A DNA stretch of 63,658 bases, the filler included, from Dicyema japonicum (taxonomy: Eukaryota > Animalia > Dicyemida), in the NCBI GenBank assembly GCA_011109175.1. It is 11 parts of 11 records of this genome, joined end to end, with 100 filler letters (N's around TTAATTAATTAA, not from the genome) between each part and the next. Parts side by side here need not be neighbours in the genome. Positions count along the whole stretch, not along the records: positions 52,387 to 53,913 come from RDEW01000066.1; positions 54,014 to 55,631 come from RDEW01000022.1; positions 55,732 to 58,990 come from RDEW01000187.1; positions 59,091 to 61,908 come from RDEW01000351.1; positions 62,009 to 63,658 come from RDEW01000008.1; 6 more parts are not named here. One strand, 5' to 3'. The notes under the pieces are model-generated. The model searched no databases, had not been told where the DNA came from, and worked only from the letters and a program-made list of their open reading frames with translations. Position numbers and translations under genes: made by a program. The first letter of the stretch is position 1, and every line of letters begins with the position of its first letter. Below, piece by piece: positions 53,811 through 63,658 of the stretch.

Positions 53811-54013
53811 AAATTGCTAAAAACTAAATAGTTTTTAATATAATTAATTTTTTATTTATATATTTTTTTGTTTAATTAAAGATAATTTTTCCTTGTCACG
53901 TTGTCATCATTGTNNNNNNNNNNNNNNNNNNNNNNNNNNNNNNNNNNNNNNNNNNNNTTAATTAATTAANNNNNNNNNNNNNNNNNNNNNNNNNNNNNNN
54001 NNNNNNNNNNNNN

Positions 54014-55358
54014 AGGGATCGCATTCTGTCTTCTCAACTTGGCTGTACTAGTAATGAGGGGGTTTACTAAACAAATCTAATATAAAAATATCATTTACTT
54101 TTAAAGTCATCTCTCCCTCAGGTATCAATGAGAGTTTTAGGAAGTGAGTTTTCTCATCAATAAAGTATTCCAATAGTAAGTACTTCACTGCCCTCATTTG
54201 ATCCTCCTGGTAGATCTGAAACTCCATCTCCCTTCCCTCGAATATATCCAAGGGCAACCTTAAAGACATCGATAGTGGAGTTGAAGGTCACATCAGGAAA
54301 ACAAGGAGTCGTTCTATGTACGAGTTTATTGTCCACGAGAACCAAAATATAAAATCGATCTGAGGAATTAGAATCCCCCAACTTTTGCTTTTCTTTGAAA
54401 ACTCTGGTTTTATATTCTTTAAGTCCCCGAAGGAGATGTTTAGAGTCCCAGTGACCCTGAAGACCTTACTGTTCAAGGCGTGGGGTGGGATACTGTCGAT
54501 TATTCGGTCGTTCTCTAAAAACGACCTCTTCTCTGGATCCTTACTAAACTTGTCAGCCAAATTGTTGATTGCTGCACGAAAAAGGGTCACTTTTTGGGCC
54601 GATTGGCTTACACTTTCGGTAGCCTTAGTTACATAATCTGAGGGTACCTTTTGGATGCTCTTCTTGTGTTTTACACTCTTTGAAATTAATGGTAAAGCCC
54701 GATTAGCTGCTTTCACGATGGCCTCTTCTATTTTGAGGCGGTTCTTTAAGTCTTGGTAGACAAACTCCTCAGAATTATTGTTGGATCTATCCTCCGTCTT
54801 CATATGAATTAGTTTTAGTTGCATTTGCAGGACCTCCATTTTCACACAGACATTGTTGAACATCTTCTGTGTTGTCTCCAGTCTGTTTCGGTCATCACGG
54901 AATTGTTGCAACATATTTTTTAGTCCTTCTTTTGCCTATGATCAGTCAAAGAGACACCCTTTTCTGCATTTCTAGATTTTTCTCGATCTTTTCTGTCCTC
55001 CTTTTAATAATTTCCTTGATCTCTTCAGAGTTGCAGTCTACATGTTAGATAAAGGTGGACTATTCTTGTTTATGTCAAATTCAAGTCTTCCCTCTACAAG
55101 AATTATGACTTCATTCAGTTTTTCAATATCATTTAAAATTCCTTCAGCATTCTCACTGCATTTTGTCCCCTTTTTTGAGCTATGTGACTTTCGATCTGCT
55201 TTTTTGCGAACACTTTCACTCATTTTGTATTCATCGTTGACTCTCTGTCTCATTTTATTCTTAATTCTTTTAAGTTCATTTATAATCCCTTCGTTGTCCA
55301 AATCATCATCAATTTTATAATAGTTTAGTATTTCTGACAGCCAACCATCTATTTCCAT
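54014..55358 (-). CDS. PKN: Protein kinase N (PKN/PRK) N-terminal half: HR1a, HR1b, HR1c and C2-like domains; kinase domain lost in the gap. Exons 55358-55061, 55037-54958, 54935-54383, 54359-54259, 54236-54099, 54076-gap
   Basis: Removing introns 55038-55060 (23 nt), 54936-54957 (22), 54360-54382 (23), 54237-54258 (22) and 54077-54098 (22) gives one stop-free frame. It contains KNLEMQKR|AKEGLKNML (HR1b), LKNRLKIEEAIVKAA..SAQKVTLFRAAI (HR1c), VTGTLNIS, LVDNKLVHRT, FK|GREMEFQIY..VKYLLLEYFIDE..LSLIPEG and VNPLITSTAKLRRQNAI (cf. PKN NPVIER.PRLRRQKKI). Confidence 0.9.
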
Positions 55359-55731
55359 ATTTGTGCTAATTAAAATTTCACTAATTATTTAAATATTATT
55401 TTAATTTAAAAAAAATTGTTATAGTGACCGCCATATTTATGGTAAACCTTTTCACATTTATCGATTATTTTTTTAAGACTATACTACTTTTTTACATAAT
55501 TCATTTTTGTTTACAATGAATGGGGAGCAATGTCGTTTGCTTCGTGAAATGAGAAATTTGGAAGGAAAATTGAGACAATGTTGGGATCCGCTAGATTCTT
55601 ACCGTCTTAAAGAGATAATCAAGTCTCTAAGNNNNNNNNNNNNNNNNNNNNNNNNNNNNNNNNNNNNNNNNNNNNTTAATTAATTAANNNNNNNNNNNNN
55701 NNNNNNNNNNNNNNNNNNNNNNNNNNNNNNN

Positions 55732-55931
55732 CAATTAGGTCCTTCTGAACAGTACTTTAGTTGGTGGTAGGCCTCACAAAGCTCTGTTTTGCATTTTGGA
55801 ACGGATTGTTGAAAACCATTGATCTTTTTGACATGTTCACAAGTCCCAGTTTTAATATATGTCCAGCATAATTCAGGGTTTGGGATAAAATTAGTGCGTT
55901 GATTGTCGCTCATGTTGCATAAACACGGCAC
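55732..55931 (-). CDS. Tandem CCCH zinc-finger protein fragment (TIS11/ZFP36-like), cut by a gap
   Basis: ELCWTYIKTGTCEH and KCKTELCEAYHQLKYCSEGPNC match the KTELCx8Cx5C lead-in of TIS11-family fingers. Confidence 0.6.
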
Positions 55932-56374
55932 TGAATTCTTATATATTCTCTGGCACTTGTATTGCCAGACAGCTAAATTATAGGCCCTAATCTATTTTGT
56001 ATATGTGTAAATAATTAAATTTTATTGATCAGAGATATAAGAAGTCCTTATTATTTGGAGAGACCCAAAAATATAGACAAAGTCTATATGANCGAGCTCT
56101 TCCGAGATTCGTCCGCTTGTTCTGTCTAGGAGCAGGGACACCTGCTATTCACAACGATCTATGAAGAGGTCAGACACTTGAGATCTTTTCCGAAAAGTTC
56201 GGATAGAATTTTCGATGATCTGTCGCACCTCCGGAGACTTGGTCTCCGCCCAGGTTGGGACGGGGTGCCATGGTTTTANTTAGAGCGGAAATAGATTTAG
56301 ACGAGACGAATGCTTTGGCATTCGAGCTCTTCCGAGATTCGTCCGCTTGTTCTGTCTAGGAGCAGGGACACCTG

Positions 56375-58990
56375 CTATTCACAACGATCTATGAAGAGGT
56401 CAGACACTTGAGATCTTTTCCGAAAGGTTCGGATAGAATTTTCGATGGCCTGTCGCATCTCCGGAGACTTGGTCTCCGCCCAGGTTGGGACTGGGTCCCA
56501 TGGTTTTAGCATAAAAGCTAATTTTAGTGCGTATCTTCGTATTTTCTCGCACTTCAAAAGGATTTTCTCATATTGCTTTGAGTGGAACCAAGCTTCCATG
56601 CCATATAATAGGCTGGGCAGGATGGTCGCGTGGTATACGAACAGGAAGGTGTTTGGATCCAGGCGCATACGCCATAGAACGCGAAGTGCAGCGATTGCTT
56701 TTCGTCTTTTCTGCTTTATATGCAGATAGTAGCCTGACTTAGCTTCGATAGTTAGGCCCAGGTAGCGTATGTAATTTGGGCGATCAATTTCGGCCAGGAG
56801 CTCAGGATCCTTCCTCAGTGATCTTCCTGCATTGATTTGGAGACAGGCGGATTTGTCCATAGCAAGCGAGAGCCGCTTGCTGACGCACCAGACTTTAAGC
56901 TCAGGATCCTTCCTCAGTGATCTTCCTGCATTGATTTGGAGACAGGCGGATTTGTCTATAGCAAGCGAGAGCCGCTTGCTGACGCACCAGACTTTTATCA
57001 ATTCGATGTATTTGGAGAGCCGTTTTTCTGAGGCTTTTGTGTCTTTCGAGGTGTCTAGGACAAGGACGTCGTCAGCGTAAAGGAGGAAAGTAGTCCGGGG
57101 GTTGGGGGGCGAGGGGGAGGCACGTGTGTCTTTCGAGGTGTCTAGGACAAGGACGTCGTCAGCGTAAAGGAGGAAAGTAGTCCGGGGGTTGGGGGGCGAG
57201 GGGAAGCTGCTCATAACCAATTTGAATAAAAGTGGACTGAGACAGGACCCCTTCGGGACCCCCTTTTTCAGCAAGATGTTCTTTGAGCGAAAACCAGATT
57301 CAGCTACGAACGAGTAGCGGTTCGATAGGAAGCACCGCAGCCAGAGGAAGGCCTCTTCTGTTGGCTCACAGAGTCGGACCCTTTCCAACAGGTCCCGATG
57401 CCACACACTGTCAAATGCCTTGGAGATGTCCAGGAATACGAGAGATAGAGTCTCTTTGAACTCCATTGCTCTCGAGATAGACGACTGGACCGTTATGAAA
57501 CAGTCACTGCAGCTTCGTCCAGGGCGGAAACCCCATTGTTGTGGAAGTAGTACGTTCTTCTCCTCGACGAGGGAGTCAAGGCGCTTGGCCATGATTTTTT
57601 CCATTGGCCTTGAGATCGTCGGGATTAGGCTAATGGGACGGTAGCTGCTGGGCAGGTTCACTGGCTTGGCAGGTTTTTTGATCATCCGAACCTCGGAGAT
57701 TTTCCAACCTTTTGGCACGTGCCCCCATTTCAGGCTTGCTGAGAACACGCGCGCCAGGAACGCATGTAAGTCTTCGTCGGCTTCTTTAAACAGTCGCATC
57801 GGTAGCTTGTCGTGGCCCGGGGCGTTGTCCTTTGCCGAACGGATAGCCCAGGTCATCTCGGCGTTGGTGATCGGGTGGTGATCCGGCGACAATGGACGCG
57901 GCAGCGAGTCCGACTCCCAACCTTGCGACATTTCTGCACATGTGTCTTGGATTTTAGCCAAGAGGTCAGCGAATATGTTTGGAATCTCCTCAGGCGAGGC
58001 AGGAATTCCGGACTGATTGCACACCTTCGGTAGTGGGGATTTTCCTGAGAGGTTTGTCACTTTCGACATTTCTGTACATGTGTCTTGGATTTTAGCCAAG
58101 AGATCAGCGAATATGTTTGGAATTTCCTCAGGCGAGGCAGGAATTCCGGAATGATTGCACACCTTCGGAGGTGAAGATTTTCCTGAGAGGTTTGTCACTT
58201 TATTGAAGCTGTCCCAAAAGTTTGGGTTCCTGTGATCGAGATTTTTCCAAGCCTTCTGCCATTTCCTGGCTGCTACAAGCTTTACCGTGTGAATCAGTTT
58301 ACCACCGATTGCAGAGATCATATTCTTAAAAGTGGCCCGATCCGACGGGTCCGCACAGCGTCTGAGTTTGTTCCGCAAACGTTTTCTTTCGTTGAGTAAG
58401 CTTGTCACTCTGGCGTTTGGGCTGGGCTTCCGCACGAGGCCAGCACGTGGCTTGATAGCGTAAGCGGTTAGGTAGCGATCCATAAAGTTTGTTAGCTCGT
58501 TACTGGAGGTGTCAATATCCGAGGTTGAGTTGTAAATGCCGGAGAGGGCATGGTCGTATAGGAACGCACTCAAGGAGCTCCTGTAGTGCGGCCAGTTGAC
58601 CTTAGAGAAGTCGTACCGAAAAGAACGGCGTTCTCGCGTAACGATGTCCGCATGGATCTTGACTTGCATTGGCAGGTGGTCACTGCCGATGTCGTCAAGC
58701 ACTGTGGGCTCTTCCATTAGATTTGCGACAGTGTGTGAGCTAATACTCAAACAGAGGTTGTCACTTAGAGAAGTCGTACCGGAAGGAAGGGCGTTCCCGT
58801 GTAACGATGTCCGCATGGATCTTGACTTGCATAGGCAGGTGGTCACTGCCGATGTCGTCAAGCACTGTGGGCTCTTCCATTACATTCGCGACAGTGTGTG
58901 AGCTAATACTCAAACATAGGTTGTCAAGGCCACTGGGCGAGTAGTGGTTTGGGACATCAGACGTCGAGACAATGACACCAAGCTTGTCAG
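56375..58990 (-). mobile_element. APE-RT LINE (I/Jockey-like), near-intact ORF2 of 828 aa with internal tandem duplications
   Basis: IGSDHLPM (APE end), APGHDKL, YRPISLIP, QWGFRPGRSCSD, FLDISKAFDSVWH, GVPKGSCLSPLLF, LLYADD and RYLGLTIE. Confidence 0.92.
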
Positions 58991-59091
58991 NNNNNNNNNN
59001 NNNNNNNNNNNNNNNNNNNNNNNNNNNNNNNNNNTTAATTAATTAANNNNNNNNNNNNNNNNNNNNNNNNNNNNNNNNNNNNNNNNNNNNC

Positions 59092-60196
59092 GAGAGGAGT
59101 TCTTTCCTAAACAAATGGGTGTTAGTATCCAGAACGGATGTGAGGTTGCGGTTCATGCAGGAAGGCGTTTCTTCACACAGAAAAATATTTCAAATGAATG
59201 CATTGGAATCAAGTTGGACATAACGAATGCCTTCAATTCTCTCAGAAGAGACGAAATTATGAAAACGTGTTGGAAGAGGGCTCCAGCCGGGTGGCGTAGT
59301 GGTTAGGTGTCGGGCTTAAGTGGCTTAGGCTACGGGTTCGAATCTCGCTGCTGTTCACCTGGTGGAAGGTTCCACGCATCTACGATGCAGAAATGGTTTG
59401 ACGAGTGACGCCGTCATCAGTGAATACTCACTGCGAACTGGATTTGTCTAGAAAGGACACTCACACAAGAAAAAGAAAAAAAGAAGTGAAGATCATTCCT
59501 TGGTTCTACGATTAATTAAAATTAACTGTTCTTTACTATAATATAAGTGTGTCCTGCCTATGCGGAGCTATAAAATACTATGGCTCTCGTGAAAAGGCTT
59601 ATTATTATTATTATTAGAGGGCTCCAAAGCTTTCCCTCTTGTCAATTTATCCTATGGGGAAGATACGTCTTTGGTTTTTGAAAATGAAATTATTAAATCA
59701 AAAACGGGTGTCCAACAAGGAGATCCGCTCGGACCTCTCTTATTTGCCCTGACCATTGATGAGGTTGTGAGATCAATTGATGCTCAGCTAAATCTCTGGT
59801 ACCTCGATGATGCCACAATTGGAGGATCGTTCAAGGAAACATACAATTCATTACGTAAAGCGTTACCCGCTTTAAAACATTTGGGCTTGGACATCAATGT
59901 TAACAAATCAGAGCTAATAAATGTCTCATATCCATACACCGACTTCCTCTCTATCAAGGAGTCTTTTAACGAACTGCTTCCTGGGATCCCGACTGTGCCA
60001 GTTGATAAATTATATTTCCTCGGATGCCCACTCAGCGAAGAAGAACTCAAGAACCATCTACTTTCCAAAAATGAAGAATTAACACGCCTTGCGAAAAGAT
60101 TGTCATGTCTCGACTCTCACACATCTTTCTTCCTGATGAGAAACAACATCGGACTACCCAAGCTTTTATATCTACTCCGATGTTCACCCTGCTACG
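59092..60196 (+). mobile_element. CRE-like non-LTR retrotransposon RT region, interrupted by a SINE
   Basis: QMGVSIQNGCEVAVHA, KLDITNAFNSLRR, GVQQGDPLGPLLFAL, WYLDDATIGG, GLDINVNKSE, YFLGCPL and LPKLLYLLRCSPC. Confidence 0.9.
59286..59615 (+). mobile_element. Full-length tRNA-derived SINE (copy A) with A/B boxes, (TTA)n tail and 11-bp TSD
   Basis: A-box TGGCGTAGTGG, B-box GGTTCGAATCT; TSD agagggctcca at 59275-59285 and 59616-59626. Confidence 0.9.
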
Positions 60197-62539
60197 NATT
60201 TGGCGTGTTGTTGCACATTCTTGTTGTTGGTTGTTTGTGTCTATATTATTTAGATATTCTGTTGTATTGGCATACATTTTTTTGATGTAACTTATTGGAT
60301 TCATCAAATAGTGTTGAAAGCTGTTGTCAAAATGTCTACTATATATTGTATATTTTGGTAACCTGTAAATATGGATTATTTTTCACTATTTGATTTGTCC
60401 GGGTTTATAATTTCTTGGCTACATTTTTCTTCCAAACTTTATGTATTCCAAATTTTTTACATCGTAACATCGTGTTAAGATTATCATCTGGAATAATATC
60501 ATCCACGGGAGTATCAGTCATCTCTGTTCTGACGATCGGTATTAGAAATCCTTTCTTTTGATGCGAATGCTAGTTTTGAAGCATATGTGGAGTGAACGTA
60601 TACATAAATTGAGCCACATGACACATTATTAAATTTTCTCCAAATGTTTCCAAAGCAAAGAAATTAATTGTCAGATTTACAATTGGAAACATCAATTATT
60701 GAATTTTTTGTTTCTCCTTTGAAAGTTTTTCTTCATTTTTGTCTGAATAAAATATTAAAGGTATCTCGTTTCCGTCCAAAGACCTTATTAATTTCAGAAT
60801 AATATCATCCATGTGATTTTCAGTTCTGGAAAGCTTCCGTTAGTTTTAAATTGGAATAATATGTCACAGGCGCTACGTTGTACTGTCGTGCATTGAATTA
60901 ATCCATCAACGTCATGTCCATTCCATACATTATTTCCGACTTATTTTTTTGACGAAGGACTCGATGTATTCATGGCGAAAATGAGAAATCCGTCAAAAGA
61001 TGCACGTATATAATTTTTTATTTTATTGAACCAAAAAACATTTAATTCGTATCCAGTCGTATCCAAAATAACAAAATTCAGCTGAGTCAGCCTAATCTCA
61101 AAACAACTACGATATTACATTCCCTACCTACAAACTGTCTTTAAGGGAAACAAAGTCACTTTAAATGAGCAGACTCTCGATTATTGACTTGGGAGAGATT
61201 GAAGGTTTTAAAATACTAATATCCCCGACCGTGTTCAGATAAAGTTGCTCTGTGGTAACTAGTTTTTTTACTTTTAATTTGGTTTTTCATCGAGGTTGTT
61301 ATTTTTCGATGCTACTGGTCTTCGCCAATTCATCAATCATGTCTGGTTTGTGAAAATCCGTAGTATTTTCATCAATATCGTGGGAATTGTCGGATATGTG
61401 AGGCCTTCATCAAAATTATTATATTTGTTAAATTTCATAGTATTTTTTTCTTTGAAAGTAAATGTTTTTAACCCCATGTGCTTTTTCAAAATCATAAGTG
61501 ACATCTTTATATTAAAACGGATAAACCAGATTGTTAAATTTTCGAGATTTCAACAATGCTTACAGTAGAATTCAGTAAGATCTATAAGATAAATCATCTA
61601 TTTTCTGTGCTCCCGTGACGAATCCTCTCCCAATGACTCGACTGAAAGTGAAAAAGTAAGAATATACACAACATACAATTCAAAAAGGTTACACAGATAA
61701 AATGAAACTGAATGATCTCAGTCAAGTAATTTTTACACGCAAAAAAAATACAGCCAAAAAATAGATGGCGGATAAAGCATCCCTATCAATGAAGAGACGT
61801 ATTGTCAGCAATAAGTTAATGAATATTAATTAGGAATTTATACGCTCCGCCAGCAAAACTGACAGGAAAATGAAATTACCGTCCGAAATTATGTCTATCA
61901 ATTGTAGCNNNNNNNNNNNNNNNNNNNNNNNNNNNNNNNNNNNNNNNNNNNNTTAATTAATTAANNNNNNNNNNNNNNNNNNNNNNNNNNNNNNNNNNNN
62001 NNNNNNNNATTGAAAGAATTATGTAGTCACGTGTGTATGTTTACTAGGGATTGTTCGAACAGTGGAATCAATGAAATACCCATTTCTGATTTCCACTGTG
62101 GGTTTGACATTATGGTGCTTTAGCCTCCTCTATGAAGCGATCTTGTCATCTTAAAGCCTAGTCATTGCGATACAACGTAGTTGTGGCTACTGGTTCTAGT
62201 TTATAGTCAAATTCTATGATGTATTGGAACTAATAGAGCCTTGGAAGTTGCCGAACTTTGTTTTTAACGTGCTAATTTAGTTTCTGTCTCTAAGTCAGGA
62301 ACAACTATTAGTACTCACAAGCGACTGATATTCTGTATCTTCCGATTAAGAACCTGAGGGTCTATGTTTTGTCATATTTTGCGTAATTGGAGGTGGATTT
62401 AGATAGTTATGGGGGATTGAGACGATTTCGTCAACATTGAGGGAGAGTAAAAAAATGGATAAGTTCATTAGCTGTCAACCAATGAAAAAATGAATAAGTT
62501 CCTAATTATTTGTGGATATTTCAGAGGCATCTTCTCGGT

Positions 62540-62700
62540 GGTGAGGTGTTTTAAAGGTAAATGAGAACCCCAAATGGCAATCTGCTTGTCACATTTGAAA
62601 GGGTCGGTCTCATTCTTGAATTTTTTGAAAGGTTCGAGGATCTGGTCATTGGTGATGAAATTCAGTGACTTTCGTCTTCTGGTAAGAAATAGTGGACTGA
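62540..62700 (-). mobile_element. Degraded LINE fragment
   Basis: FITNDQILEPFKKFKN...LPLKHL resembles LFTDDQVLDVITRLKS...YLKHL of the first LINE. Confidence 0.35.
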
Positions 62701-63425
62701 TTTATCATTTGGTGTGATCTCTGGGTGAATTGATTAGGGGTGTGTTGATTACGAATATCTCTGACGTATATATTATAGTCTCTGCAATTCTCCGTTTTAC
62801 CTGATGAGTGATAAAATCGACAACCTGGACGATTACTTTGGAAATCGGTGTCTACGTGAGAATATTCATGATACAGTGGCTGAGTTTGTCGATGCATGCG
62901 AATATTTTGGATATAACGAGTACCACTAGAAGATTCTGTGTCTTACTAAAGGTCGATTAACTTGTACATCGGTCTCTTTGATGATCAGTTGGACCAGAGG
63001 ATATGGCTTTGGGCTATTTTTGAGTGTTCCGACATGTTCCGATATGTTTCGCGTGTTCATTAATGATTTATTGGTTAACTAGCATCCGTATATCTACCGC
63101 TAATGATTTATTAAGTTGTCCCCAGTAAATTGGAGACTTTATGTGGACAGACTAAACTAGAGAAAATTCACCTATTTATTCAGCGTAACAAAGACTTTTA
63201 GAATGTTTGTGTTTGTTGTATTTTAGAGTATTATTTATTCGCTATTACACTTTTCCATGAGAATTGACTTACTTAAATACTATTTAAAATTACTCGTAGA
63301 GACGCTCCCCTTAGATATCATGGTCTGGAGGAGTTGCAAACATTTGTTTTTAAAGTGTGTAAGATTTAGAGAAAAACACAGACCTAAAATGACGATGTTA
63401 CTAAAAAGGCCGGTATCACCTAGTT

Positions 63426-63656
63426 CATGAGTAGGCAACCTACAAAGCCAGAAAGCCAATTATTGTAATAATTTAAATAAAAATAACAAAAAAATAGAAT
63501 CTAAATACAATATAGTCTAAAATATGCATAAAAAAGAATTTAAGAGAAAGAACATTATTTTTAAAATTTTTTTATTGGAGATGTGAGTAATCATTTGCGA
63601 TAATTGAAAGAGCCAAATTAAAAACTCAAGGAGCCACAATGGCTCTAATACCCCTG
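63426..63656. mobile_element. Possible hAT-type MITE
   Basis: 5' catgagtaggcaacct, 3' tacccctg and subterminal gagccaca..ggctc resemble CAGGGGTAGGCAAC-type elements; the TIR match is imperfect. Confidence 0.3.
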
Positions 63657-63658
63657 AC

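Noticed and set aside
59286-59355. Functional tRNA gene
   Set aside because: It has A/B boxes and a T-arm but no proper acceptor stem or anticodon loop, and it continues into a repeat body with tail and TSD; it is a SINE head.
3779-61964. Recurrent TTAATTAATTAA palindrome as a biological motif
   Set aside because: It always sits inside N runs of about 100 nt total; it is a scaffolding linker.
62795-62830. Hammerhead ribozymes at CTGATGA motifs (6625, 26161, 29521, 62801)
   Set aside because: None is followed by a stem II plus GAAA and a closing stem III/I arrangement.

Overview
AT-rich, repeat-dense eukaryotic scaffold from a fragmented draft assembly: long N gaps, ~100-nt gaps carrying an artificial TTAATTAATTAA linker, single-n joins and many short tandem duplications. 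It is almost certainly an animal, because it encodes a three-HR1 protein kinase N (PKN). The ORF track hides the host genes because they are split by ultra-short GT-AG introns of 22-27 nt. Removing five introns of 22-23 nt rebuilds an intact PKN N-terminus (HR1a-c + C2). A decayed BRR2/SNRNP200 copy and a Merlin transposase remnant carry the same micro-introns. Such introns suggest a genome-reduced parasitic metazoan (dicyemid- or myxozoan-like), but I cannot determine the organism. Most of the rest is a retrotransposon graveyard: an Ingi/Vingi-like LINE with a viral-type 2A StopGo peptide (GDVEPNPGP) before its endonuclease, other APE-RT LINEs, RTE remnants, three CRE-like RT + restriction-like-endonuclease elements, and a tRNA-derived SINE family with a conserved structured core. 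DNA-transposon remnants include Merlin, Tigger/pogo, hAT-type ends and Ginger-like integrases. A Met-rich 78-bp repeat gene looks like a GPI-anchored surface glycoprotein. All family calls are from motif recognition by eye; no database search was run, and many boundaries are approximate.
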